Part shown: piece by piece, positions 1 through 13,500 of the stretch
Layout of the letters: each line of letters begins with the position of its first letter
How positions within the stretch are numbered: position 1 is the first letter of the stretch
Source: Phoronis australis
Taxonomy: Eukaryota; Animalia; Phoronida
Direction of reading: 5' to 3'
Assembly (NCBI GenBank): GCA_002633005.1
Contig: NMRA01000053.1
Location: 590,151 to 654,150 of the forward strand
DNA: 64,000 nucleotides
Position numbers and translations under genes: made by a program
Notes under the pieces: generated by a model
Told to the model about the DNA's origin: nothing
Database searches by the model: none
The model's input: only the letters and a program-made list of their open reading frames with translations

Positions 1-2249
1 AATGTTTTTCAAGTTTTAGCGTAGCAAAATGATCGAATAAAGGGCACTGAAATGATAGAACAAGGCAGTTGTAAAATGATTCCCCTTGAATCGTTTGTCT
101 ATTCTCTTTTAACATTTACTAATTTTTTAACTAAAATTGAGTCCTGAGTTCAATGAAAATACATCGCCCACAATTTAAAAACTGTGGGCGATGAATGAAA
201 ATATCGCAATTTGTTTTCGGTGTAATTGTGAATTCAACGTACAGTTTACACGCAATTTGTATTGTAATAAAAAATTGACAGTTCAGTAACGATTCAATAA
301 TAATTTTCTGCTAAATGAGTCATAACATACATCGATTTAATATTGGTTCTTTGTCTTAGCAAGTACCATTTTTATAAGCAACAGTTGAAGTGCAAATATC
401 CCAGCGTCCGACGTTACGAAAACGCCCAACTCGCGAGTTGGGTAAAATTTCAACTCGCCATTTCGGATTCGTAAGGTTTGTCAGATTTGTATTACCACGG
501 ACTTCTGATAGGTGTCCCTTGCGGTGCAGTCCATTGTGATGCATACGCTGCCGCCGGGCAGAGAACCAAATCTAGTAGGTCACGATCAAATAAAAAAACA
601 ACGGCAAATAAACGCGACTGTTACAGTGAAAAACTGGGGATTTTTTAATGTAGTGTTAATTATTAGAAAGTAAGCATGCGTATCATTTCCTAGTATTCAA
701 CAATTTTGTAATTCGTCATGTTGCAATAACGCGCTTTATTCGGAATTGCCACAATTCCCCTTAGACGCAGCGCTACAAAAATTTGGCTCCGTTTTAATCG
801 TCTGCTGATGACTACACCAGTTACGACCTCGGTGTGACAAGCTATCACAAGAAATCTGCTGTTGGCACGCTGTTGCCACAGCACGTCCATTGTACAATAT
901 TTACGATTCTCACTACAAAACTGATCTGTCGTGTTATGTACGTAAACGCGTTTCCCGAAGTACGTACACCGTCTACACTCAATTCACTCACAGAACTGCA
1001 CTGTGATATAGGTATTTGAATTGTTAAAAGAATTTTTCCTGAGAAAGATTCACCCGCCGGCTTGTCTCACTGAAATAGATCGGTGTTCTAAAATTGATCC
1101 TAGTACATGTACGCGGTAACTTACTGGGCACCTTGGATTAAAACGTTTTCAATCTTTATTGTACATACGTCGTTAATGAACGCAATTCTCGTTTGAAAGA
1201 CATTAATAGCGTAGTAAAGGAACAAAACAAACAGTTGCCGCCCAGACCCCGCGTAGTAATTGATGCGGAAAATGCGTGCGTCGCTCGTATACATTTCTGA
1301 GAAATCTTGTCAACTTGCCACAATTCTTAAAGTAAATCTTATAAGTAACAAGCTTGTTTTGAATTAGATTTCTAAAACAATTACGCAACTCGATATGAAT
1401 TTTTATCAACCTTTATTAAACAAAATACACATAACAAAACGTGATTGGCAACTTCAGCAAGCCATACATGTCCACAAACATACCTGTGGTAGGGGTCATT
1501 TGCAACTCAATGTTATCTCAACATTAAGGGGCCAACTTTCATTGAAATCCTCAATTTTTTTGTCTTATTCTGAAATAGCCAAGACTTCTCTTTTAAAACA
1601 TTCGAAATTGTAATTCGTATTTGTTGCTGCCATGAGATATGAACTTTTCTTCAAGGTAAAATTAGATTTATTATAGTTGCTTGAAGGCTGGACTGAAATA
1701 TGAAGTTCTGCCGATGCACGTTTTATCAATCCAGGATTCACAATGATACAACTGCGTATTGCAGCAGCGTTGCTTGGAAGGGAGGGGGTCATCTCCAGAC
1801 CGTATCCCGAAAAGGAGGTGGGCGGCAGGGTTACACCCCCAGTGGGTGAGGGCAAACCACTGAGGGACGGCTCAAACCCTAGTGAAGAGGGAGAGGTGGC
1901 TTGCAGCTGCGCTTGTGACATCGCTGGCAACGAGAGCTGTGGCGCTCGAAATTGCTGGCAATCAGGGGAGAAGATAGACATTGAGGTGCTGTACTATTTA
2001 GGGTTAATCTTTATGAAAACGCAAACCACCAGTAGTTAAGAGTTAAACGAAAAGACCAAGGGTTTTACGAGATATGACAATATGAAGACGGGTTTGATAT
2101 TCAAAAGTATTTGAACTCGGACTCCGCCCTTTTTCAATTACTTTTGCCAGCCTTGTACTGTTTCAAAAGGAGATTGCAATGTACATTTCCACTGAAAGAT
2201 ACATATGCAGAAACAAAAAGAAAATAAGACGATGAATTTATATAACTCT

Positions 2250-2715
2250 GGCAAGGTCTTGGCCTTTTTGTTTACTATGAATGACTCATAGCGTTTACTT
2301 GTTTAATGTTTAAATTGCTTTTGCATATATTAGCAATGACTTTAACTGTTATATGATTAAAACAAAAAATATTGGATTAACGGTCGCGAAGACACTGTAA
2401 TTGTGTGATCTGTACCGTACTTATTATTCTGATCGCCAACCTTGCTCATAACAGTCATTAACTCTTTGCGCGAAAATACTTAAAAACGAGACTTTGCACG
2501 TGACACCTTGATTCAACCAAATTTCATGAAAGCCGTATTTTGATAGCAATTGTCTACGAGAAGACACCCAAGTATTTCTTCTAATCCGATCTAAATCAGC
2601 TAACATGTCATAAGACGCTTTAGCGTATCTAATAGGTGGCATTTTCAATAACTTTAGCCAATATTTTACACATGTGACACAGTGCTTTGCATAGAGCGGA
2701 AAATTCCACAACACA
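2250..2715 (-). mobile_element. Non-LTR retrotransposon (CR1/L2-group) ORF2 C-terminal fragment
   Basis: FPLY..CVKYWLKLLKM..RYAKASYDML..W.S..RQLLSKYGF.EIWLNQ..F..RV.D.Y.Q.W is typical of the post-RT region of invertebrate LINEs. Confidence 0.75.
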
Positions 2716-2855
2716 GCTAGCTGCGTTTGAACAAGAGTTTCAAACTCCAAGAGCAATTTTACAGAATTTAACATATACATTTTCAAGCCATTCACATTCT
2801 TTGAATCCCCAGATTGTCGCACCGTAGCACATAGTTGGCACAGCAATTTTTTATT

Positions 2856-3600
2856 GAACCCGGTCCGCAAGAGTTTCGAGTCGTCGACTTTACCACTGCA
2901 CCACTCAGCAGGTGACGTCATCGAACGTGAAAATAGAATACTTATATGAGCACGCGCAACAATCGCATGTTAAACAAAGGGTAGTGTACCGACATTTATA
3001 CGCTATGAAAAATAAAACGCATAATCTCCATAAAAACGATATTTTGATTCAGTGAAATTTTTCTCTCGTGTTCTCTCACTTGTAAATAAACCGGTCTCCA
3101 ATTTGAATGCGGATATCGTGTCATCAGGATCCTTTGGCTGGAGCTCTATACTCAGTTACCAGACGATATTTTCCCGCTTGGCGTGATAAAATGTGTAGTA
3201 AGCTATAATAGTGTCTAAACCTTATTTTATATATTCACTCTATTTCTATTTTGTTTAAATTTTCAGTTGGCTTTGAGTAAAAGCATTATTTGACAAAAAT
3301 AGCTCGGTTTTTCTTAAAAGGTCACGACCTCCGACCCCGAGCCTCTGACATAGAAAGTAGTTACAAAGCCTGGGTGAGTGGAGAAAGGTAGATCGATTCA
3401 TTGCAATGTTTCTCGTTCAGAATGAGGTATAAATAGATTATTAAATGTTCTCAGTCGTTATCCCCGTATTCTAGAGACCTCGTGGATTTTGGAGAATTAT
3501 TACCCTGGGGGCTAACGTCCCTTGGGCGATAATTTTCCAAAATCCACTCGGGCTCTAGAATACGGGTGATAACGACTTCGCTATGTAATAACCTATATTT
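2856..3600. repeat. Interspersed repeat copy 1 with terminal palindrome
   Basis: Collinear with 40878-41580; ~60-bp-arm hairpin at 3453-3577. Confidence 0.88.
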
Positions 3601-3854
3601 ATTCTGCCCTTAAAAGACTAGAACAACTCTTAAATGGGTTGACTGCGTGTACAAATGTGCCTGTTTAATTTTTGTTTATTGTACTTTGGGCCAGAGGCCT
3701 TTCATACAAAATAAACGTATACAGCTTATTATACTGAATAAAAAGTAGAGAGAAAAACTTGTAATTTTCTGTAAAAAAGTATTCCCATGATGTAAAAACG
3801 TTATGGCAGCTCAATGAGTAAGGTTGTAACAGCAGTTATTTCCACATCATTGGG

Positions 3855-4480
3855 GAGGGGGAGGAGGAGGGAGGGAGGGGGAGGGAGGGAGGGGGCAGGG
3901 AGGGGGGAGAGGGAGAGGGAGAGAGCGAGGGAGAGGGAGAGAGAGAGAGACTTTTATTTACATTAAGACATAGTACAATGATTAAATAATTGCGATTTAA
4001 ATCAGGAGGCCTGCTAAAGGTTTTCGACCGCTAATAAGAAGGTCCCCTGTACAAAATAAATTAATATAAATAAAAATCGTTAAGAATAAGTGAATAATCC
4101 AAAAGAGGAAAATAAAAAATACAAGATATACTAAGAAAAGAAATAGAATTATAGCCGTGAAAGGACCGACACGCCAGGAACCAAGAAGTGGACTGGCACA
4201 GCTCAAGAGATTTTGGGAACACAACTAGATACTGTTACATATGAAGCAATTGGAAATATGACAGATTGGATCATAGTTGGAGAATGCTTGCAAAGAGTGT
4301 GTTTTTATTATATTTAAAGCAGAGACTGGTATTTCGTTGTTAGTTTATAAGGCGAGGAATTTCAGGCTCTTGATGACAATTTGTTGGACGGGGGAATTGA
4401 AATTTTGGGTTATATTGTAACAGCAGCTGAGTATTGTTTCAGGTATGCAGGAGTTTTAACGTTTTAAGTTGGTTTACATT
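3855..4480 (-). mobile_element. LINE 3' end with AATAAA and (TC)n/C-rich tail
   Basis: Minus-strand KTHSLQAF..YDPICHISNCFIC* remnant, then a 3' UTR, AATAAA (~3953-3958) and a microsatellite tail (3855-3950). Confidence 0.6.
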
Positions 4481-4658
4481 GAAAGTAATTTTTAAGAAGG
4501 TAACTGGCCCAACAAGCTTACTCAATTCATGATTTTTGATAAGCTTGATTTACGCTTTTACAAGTACTGCGGAGTAATCTCGTTCCAAGCTTAGCCCGCA
4601 ATGAAAAGTAAGGGAGGAAGCAAATTTAGGGCTGGAGAAGCATTAGAACAGCCTCCCT

Positions 4659-4783
4659 TTCAGCAACGCTAGGACCTCGCTGAAAAGCAAGACTTCGCGA
4701 GATTACGTGAGATATTGCCGTGCATTTTAAATGAAAACACGTGACTTTGACTAGGTTTTAGCGAGGTCCTAGCGTCTACTGAA
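4659..4783. mobile_element. Short MITE / foldback
   Basis: TIR ttcag..acgctaggacctcgct.aaa / tttagcgaggtcctagcgt..ctgaa. Confidence 0.65.
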
Positions 4784-7530
4784 CGCACGCCAGGACTCTC
4801 AACAAGCTTGCACAAAGTTAGCTGAGTAAAAAGGAACTTTTTAACATCACTTCCATAGGTTTAATTGTCACGGTCCACAGAAACAGTTGATTTCCAAATG
4901 CAGGCTGTACATGGTCAGTGCAAGGACACGGGACACAGAACTATTACACAAAGTTTATTGCAAACAGTTAACTTAACTACGACCGAAGCTCCACAACCAC
5001 ATTTTTATTCACACATGTCATACAATTTAACATATGCATGGCTGAAAATTCCATGCATACACTTTGGTACTAAATATGAACAAAACAAAAAGCTTCAATC
5101 CTTATATAACCTGTCAACAACATTTTCAAAAATTGTCCATGAGCTTGGAAATGACGTTTAGAATACCATAATCGAGTGGCTCACGCAGATGCTCCACTTA
5201 TCAACAAAGTACCCTTTCCCTGAAATTTCTGGGACTTTTTAGTAAAGTTAACACATATTAGAAGAAACGAAAAGGCGCTGCTGTGTTTTTTTTCAGTGAA
5301 AAACCCTTATTTCTTCACAGCTTGAAAAATTGAATCCGGAATTTCGGTATTCATACAACACAAAGTTAATTCCAAAAATCTGAAATAGGTGCCCGGTCCC
5401 GAAGCGGACACTCCGTCATTCTGAATGCAATTGACTTGTGTATTGCTTCTTGTTAGATTTCGCAAACATCGCCGAATTCAACCGAAAAAGTGATAAAAAG
5501 TGTTATGAATGAAAATTTTTTCTCTTTATGGTTTCTTGCCTGAAGCAATAAATTAAGTAATTTCAGGTGTGACCGGGAGTCAAAATCGCAAGGACACACA
5601 ATGGAGTTCTTTTTCACATTATCTGGTCAAAACAATTTTCGAATTAAAAAATGTATATTGAAATTACAGTGTATGACATTGCTTTTACCTCTTTTTCAAA
5701 TAAAAGTGCTTAGAGACGTCTTTTCAATAACCGCAAGAAGATTAGCGCCAAGTTAGCTGTTTTTTATTTTACCGCCCTCTTTTCCAGAGTAAAATTAATC
5801 AAAATCAAAATTTGGTCAAATACGTCAGACGCTGGGTCGTTGAGATAACGCTAAAGCTTTCAAATAATGCGTTTGATTTTGACAAAAGCATTACAAAACT
5901 TAAAATTTGAATGTCAAAGTGCGTGCACCTGCTTCAAGTGTGCGGTTCGGGACTGTTCGGATATGAACACTCTTCGTGTACACCTGTGTGCAAAATATAA
6001 AAAGTCTAAGGCTTCCTACTTGAGATGACGCGGCAACAGCTGTTTCATAGATAAAATGCTATGGACCCTGCTTTGCGCTGACACGCGACGCAGATAAAAA
6101 GCCCTGAATAACCGCATCGGAATCAAGGGTATATGAAGCCACCGTGCACATACAAAATAAATTTTGTCAATTTTTTGTAAACTGACTTGAGACTAAAGGT
6201 CGTCTTAACACATAGCATCAGCATATTGTAGTAATAACTGTTTGCACATACAGTTATGAGCCAAAAGAAAACCCAAAGAACTGCTTGCAAGAAATTTAAT
6301 TTTTTTCCGAACCAAGCCTTCAGTTTCGTTGCTTTAACGTGAAGGCTGCTGTCGAAGTAATACAGACACGTGGAGTCACGTGCTTGGAAACTTCCTGCCA
6401 CTGAACGGGTGACATCTACCTTCTTGCATTAGCACGACCTATACTAAGCTTTGTGAAACGGGGGTTACTATCACAAGTTCAAGAAAAAGGCATATGATTA
6501 TCATATTAAACAATATAAAGACGTCCTTCCTATGCAGTTATTACATAAGCAAATGCAAAGGAGAGACAAGTTGACCCCTCCTTTCAGATTTCGAACTCAC
6601 AAGCATTAGTATCAATGGGCCCGAGGAAATATTTTTAGAACCACCATTACACTAATGTCTCCAATCTATTCAATTTTCTTGACTAACTTGTCAGTAAACA
6701 ACAAGCCAATCACAAGGCTATTCATTTGCTTTAGACACCAATTTTAAAGCACTGCCAGGGTGTCGGCTTTAAAATACACAACAACGACCTCTTTGTGCAT
6801 TTCCGTTAATTATTGCCCCAGTTTCTGAACAAACTCCCGGACTTATTTTTGGAATATCAGACAGTTAAGCAATGTGGCGGCTCCTAATACATGCCCTAAG
6901 CTCACTGAAAAGAAATATTGACGCAAATCCACACAGAGTGGTGATATTTACAAAATGCTTGTGATGTCATTGATTGATTGATAAGGTTGTCTCTATAACA
7001 TAATTTAAAATGGTTAAAAAAACAAAAAAAAAGAAGGAGCATCTCTAAAGACAGCTTATCTTGAATAAACGGCTTTTTCGTGAATAATAACCAAATAAGC
7101 ACAAACCACAAATAGATCACTGTCTCATGCAAATTAATAAATTTCCGGAATAACATCATCAAACAGCAGTGTGTGACAAAAGTCAAAACACCGTAAGGTG
7201 CTTCAGCATCACCAATATAATATACAGTTTTAGACAACGAAATGACGTAATCGACAGTATGTGCTGACACTCGACAATATATTCAAATTTAATTGTGTGT
7301 GTTCGTGTGAGCATGCACATGAATATGTATATATACTGAACACAATGATCTTGCAATCAAACACATGTAAGTGTTGAAATAAGACTAATACATAAACGAA
7401 ACACTAAACAGTTATGCCTCAACTATCCTTAAAACAGACCGCTGGTTGGTGTCGTCACAATCATGGTAAATCTTGCTGGCAGACCTCTTTGGTTACGAAG
7501 TATTCAAAATACTAGGTTGTGAATGTTCGC

Positions 7531-7586
7531 TCAACCAGAAGCCTTGTCGGTCTTGAGGCGTTTTTCGTATTCTTCTTCACTGAGTT
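7531..7586 (-). CDS. Terminal coding exon (ELSEEEYEKRLKTDKASG*)
   Basis: Strong acceptor tgtattttcag, phase 1, TGA at 7533-7531. Confidence 0.65.
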
Positions 7587-10500
7587 CTGAAAATACAACA
7601 GCCTATTGTACACACACCTAAACAAGCATAAATCTAGAGCAACAGTCACGGACAGCCTGAGTTAATTATTTAAGTACTGTATATAAAAAACCTTGTTCAT
7701 TAGGTGCCACATTTCAGGTACCTGGTCAATGATCTGAAAATCGAATTCGAAATTTCGTGCATAGGCCCGAACGAGAAAACAAGGTTAAAACCCTGTTTCG
7801 GTGTGTACCATCAAAACTGGATGAGAAGGGGAGGGTGGGTTAACGGACCCGTGACCCCTGTTCATTGCCAAAATGCCCTCACCCCGCTTGAAACCATTGT
7901 ACACGCTGTACATTTTAATTGTTGGGGCATAAGTGGGCTAAAATATGGCATGTACTTTGTGATGAAACAAGGTAATGCTTGAGTTTAACGATGTTTTTCA
8001 TTAGAGTGGTAGTATATGACTATTGTGACCAAGGTGAAACTCAGGCTGCGGCCTCAAGGCGATGTTCCTTATCTATATGTCGGGGAATCCATTGAGCAAG
8101 GCGCTGGTTAAATCACTGCCACGTGCAAGAGCGACTAGCTTCGTCTGATAGAACCTGGCCATTTCCGTTTGCTTACCACCAAACTTACTACAAAACGTAC
8201 CGAGAGTGACGATATTACTTCATGTACGCCAATCGAGGTACGTTTTGTATTTATTCCATACGCTTCGAATTCCTCAGTTTCTTTCATGTTTCCGCAAATT
8301 TTTTGAATACTTCACTCAGACTGTTCACATGGCGAATCACATCCTATTATGTATGTACTTGCGCGTTAGGTTGCAAGTTTTCTCTAGTAAAACAAACAGT
8401 TTTAAATGTAACGATTTATTACTTGAAAAGAGATAACAGCTCGGAAAACAACGGCAACTTAGCACTGAACTTGTAACATCTCGTGAAAATAGTTAAAAAA
8501 CAACATTTGAAATTGTAGTTACCGTGGAATCGGCGCCTGAGTTGCAGACGATATAATATTTAGCAAATGAAAACTGAGACAGAACTGTCATATAATTAAC
8601 AGTCCTGTTCCAGATGTTACGATTGGGATCTGATTGCATGTTGAGTGTTATTTACTCTGCTATAATTGAATCACTTTAAAATATTTTCGGAAAGTTTGAT
8701 GATCGAACCAGCTAATGAGATCGAGTCGACATTGCCCTACCTTTCCATGTCAGAGGTCACTGTTAAAGTAGCGCGGAGGTGAATACGGAAAACATTATTA
8801 CATGGCCGAATTTCCTTCCACAGATTCAACGCGCATGAGATAAATTGCTTGAGTGCATGTGAAAGCGCAATTCTTGCTTTGATACTGTAAATGTTTTTAG
8901 ATACTAATAGCCTTGATTAAGGAAATAGTTTGTCTGAAAATAATACAATCTCGAAATGTCACTTTTGTTGTACCGTATAATTAATACACTATGTGCGCGT
9001 ATTTAGGCCCGTGTACCTGGCCACGTTTGAAGCTGCGGCTATATCCAAAATTAGGTGGACGCGCCAATATAAGATTAACGATTTTAGTAAAAACGCCCTT
9101 GAAAGTGATACTGTGGAATTTGTGCACCCCCTCATTTTTAGGAAATAATAGCATATCAAATATGAAAACATTACAAATAATTTTGCACATGTCAGTAACT
9201 AAGACTGGAGTTTTATACGTGTCATTTCTACAAAGTACGTTCGCAAGTAAATCTAACGATGTCCTATCTGTGTTATAATGTAGGAAATGCGCTGGGAAAG
9301 ATTATACGCTTTTGCCGAAGACAAAGCGCCTGCCCGCATCAACAAGCATTATTTCGGATACACTTCCTTATGCTTGGGTCTAAATACGCGTAGCCGGCTT
9401 CTCTTTGAGAGGGTCATGCAGTTTGCCAAAGAGCCGAAAAGCAGTAATTGTTTTACGACATTGACCAACATTTGAATATGTTTTCTCATGCTAAATAACA
9501 GATTATTTGTTTTGGAATTTTTTTGATTTTGCGTCGTGGTTTTGTTACCTTCGCGTCACACATCAAATTTTGTAATAGCAGCATAGCTAAACCGAAGTGC
9601 AGACATTAAATGTGACTTTGGTCAAACGGGAATTTGGAATTCATCTAAGAAAAACATCCCTGTGGCAGTTTGCATCAACTAACGCTATTTCACAATCCCA
9701 ATAATATAAAATTATCTACATTTAGTAAAATGCAGCGTGATAAACGTAAACTTGAAATAGGCACGCTTTTGCGAAAGTCATTTTAAGCATTCTGTGACAC
9801 TGTTTGAGCTAAAATACCTAAAGCAGGTGACGACCCCTATCTTTATTGTTACTTAGAAAACAAGGTGGGCGTCAAAACACCCAGGAAACCAAACAGCGCC
9901 TGCTCGTGGACAAGCAAATTAAATTTGAGGTATTCAACATCAAAACAAAAAAACTTTTACCTACGCCAACATAAGAAAATCAGTGAATCGGGAAATAGAA
10001 TTGAAGTTGTTAAATTTACGTCGAACAAAGCATTAACCTGTCTTGAAAAGGACTTCACTCATTTATTCAATCAAAACTGGTTTTGCAGAAACCCATGTAA
10101 AATCCGCACAAGTGCCTGTGTTTAGGCGCCTACAACAAGAAAACTAATTCGATGACCCTCACATATTTTTTGCAGACTTGTAGCATGCAAATAACACATA
10201 CAAAGTATGAAATATCAAAAATTAACGATAAATCAAAACTGATCCTATTTCCACTTCTTCAGTTTCAAAAGATTCTGGAAAAAGCTAATTTTCGGACAAA
10301 TTACCCCTGACAATTCCTCAAACTTTTTCCCTGGGAGCCCTACAGTACAGTGCTTTGCTTTAGGGCCCATCAGATTGTTAAGACGGTCCATAGGCATTCA
10401 CAGTGATAATACCCGTGCTCCGATGACATTCAGTGGCTAAATGGTAATCTCAAAGGATGACTCCAAACAATTAATGTAAATTTGATACTAAGTTGTAGTC

Positions 10501-13500
10501 TTACCCTGGCGTAAGATCTGCATTACGCTATCCCCATGTCTTGCTTCTTCCTTGTTAAAGTCAATAGTGTACCTACAAGTTGACAAATGTATTGAACTGA
10601 AAATAGTCGGGTTTACAATAGCAAATAATAGGACAAGAACAAAATAGAACAGCTTTAATAGGTGCCCACCGTGTGCATCACAAACGATACTGACATATGG
10701 AGTGTCGACGATGCGGTGATCGAATCAATGTGCGCACCATCAGCTCTGATGGATCTTCATACTGAGAACACGGAAGAGCGATCAACAAAACTGGCACATA
10801 TTAAAGCAAACGTAATGACAATTTGTCATCACATTAGTCAGGTCTTTCCTCAAGAGGAACTCGTGTGACAAATTCTTCGAGGAGCCATCAAATAACTCGT
10901 AGACATAAACGCGGGTTAAGAGGAAACTAAGATAGCCCCTAGATGGCGCTACTGTTGAACAGTTAAAGAATTAATGTTAGCCAAACTCACCAACACATCC
11001 TTGAATTCGATAATTTTTCAAGCGGATGGCAGAAAAGACGACAGGCGCCAAGAACAGACATGGGAAACAATCAACATGGTAACTGGGATGACAAAAAGGC
11101 AAAATCCATAGAAACATATATGCTAAATTTCATGAAAACCTACCATACAACTTGGTAGAAATGAAAGCATGTGGAAAAACCAACAAGGGGACACTGTAGC
11201 AGTCGCTTTTCCCGAAATAAACGTCAGCCGCGCTCTCTTGCAAATAGTGCCTCAGAAACCACAATTTCCTGACCTTATATCAAGATATATATGTCAAATA
11301 TCGAGGGAAAGGAAAAAATTGGAGTCGGGGATGACTCAACATGAAAAATCAAGGAATTTGGTTGATATGACGTAGAGCCAAAGATTGCCACTGGGAGGCG
11401 CTACCGTATTCCTACTCGTGACCAAGTACAACCGTGCGCTCCTCAACACGTGATCGTTTGAGTAGTTTGGCAGATAGAGACAGACATACGCTAAAAAAGG
11501 CTCGACAACAGAGAAAATGGCCAGTAGGTGGACGTAGAATAGACCGAATTAGTCCGACATTAGGGAAAATATTGTCGTTATCTCGTTAGAAACAAACTTA
11601 ACCGGATACGTCAAAAGTCATCATTGTCTCTCGTCAGATCGATAGGAACACATCTGCCAATTATCATGAAGATCCTAAAAGGGGCTTAGGAGACAAAGCA
11701 GACGCATACGACGCTGGGCAATGTGACATCACAAATATATATTAGGGAGCATTAAAATCTTGTGATTGAACCCAATCCATAGTCATGCCATTACTCAATT
11801 CTGTGCCATAGACGGTATGTTTGTGTTAACAAACGTCTCACCACCCTAATACTTTTTATGGTTCCTCAAAAGGTACATGTAGCAACGGGTATTCCACAGT
11901 ATGGCCATTTTGCATGAGGGCTGCTGGAGTCACTGGGATGCTTTTAACATTCTCAATATTGGTGATATCATGAACCTGGGAACTGTTGTCGACATCATTT
12001 TCGGAGAAATCTAAATTAGCTTTAGTGGACAAGACTTACGTTGCTCCGTCGATCTCGATTTCCGTCGAGCCTCGAGGGTTTTCCTTATACTTCAGATCCA
12101 ACAGAATGGTAGTTTCTTGACTGTACATCAACCACTCGTTCGACTTATCCAAATAGAACCAAACTATTTTTGTACCGGGTGGTTCTCGAAATGGAAATTC
12201 GTTAGGCTCCGACAGGTCAGGTGCGCTGAAATAGTCCAGTTTCAGGTACCCTTACTTTAAACACATGTGCTTTCAGAAGCAAAGCTTTTCGGCACGTACA
12301 CCTGAGCGGTCCGTGGCGTCCAAAACAGCGGTTTATAGCATTTTATGTGTATACGGAATATACCATGGAACATTTATATATTAACAGTGTGAGAATTTGA
12401 AACAATGGAGAAACAGCTTCGTGTGGCTGTCTTCATTAATCTCTACTCACTTGCGTGTTTGCGTATATGGCTATTTTTCACCATTGTCCTTTTTGAGCCA
12501 ATCTCATAATCCGAAACATACCAACGTTATTCAGATTTCTTCGACTTCGCAACATGATAAAACAATAGGTTCATTATCAATGATTTAAGAAATCATTAAT
12601 AGGAACTGCTGAAAGAGAAGAGGCGAAGCAGAAAGCATTATTATAATCCGTAGTTTTCCGCGCAGTGGTTCAAGTCACCGTAGTACATTCAAAGTTATCT
12701 ACTCAAATGGCAATCGTATCGAGATTGATCGCCATATCCTCGGCTCCATTCGGAAGTTGTACATCACAAGCCTCGGCGGAATCGTGACTCTTGTCCAAGG
12801 TAACGTTTATCCTAATTTGACATATGTCTGTGCTGAAGTCTGCCTATAATCAAATTACTTACACAACTTCTAAGTCAAAACATCCTTCAGATCCACACCG
12901 ATATGCATTACAGTGTCCATTAGGCCAACGTACCTACAAACAGACAAACAGATAGTTACTAAAGCTGAGGAGCAGACATCAGTCAAGGGCGACGTGTTCA
13001 TAATTCAAGAAAATGTGTTACTGGGACACCACATTCCTCGATGACATGACAGAACCATAGGCGGATTTAGGAGGGGGCCCAGGGGGCTCGGGCCCCCCCC
13101 CCTCTTGGCTGCCGCAAAAAAAATAAAACAGTAAGAGCGTAGGGAAATGGTGAGTATATTAATAAACCCCGGTAATTAAACTTATACGGATGAAAAGAAG
13201 ATTTAAATGTGTGCAGTTTTAGTGTTTNTCGTCTGCTCCACTGTGCAATGAAGAAAATTTACTTCATTTTTTAAAGAGAATGGAACCTGAGTGACGATGA
13301 AAAAACAGAAGCTGCTGGTAAGATGTGAATTTTAATCGAAGCCTTAGTGAATCACTCAGAAACTCGCAATACTCTCTTTGTCAAACCTTATCTTAAGACG
13401 ATTTCCAAAGCAATCCCGTCATTATTGCCAACACGAAAAACGGATTTGGTCTTTTGGGCATTTGAAGACTATTTTAAATCCGACAAATTTGTTAACAATT

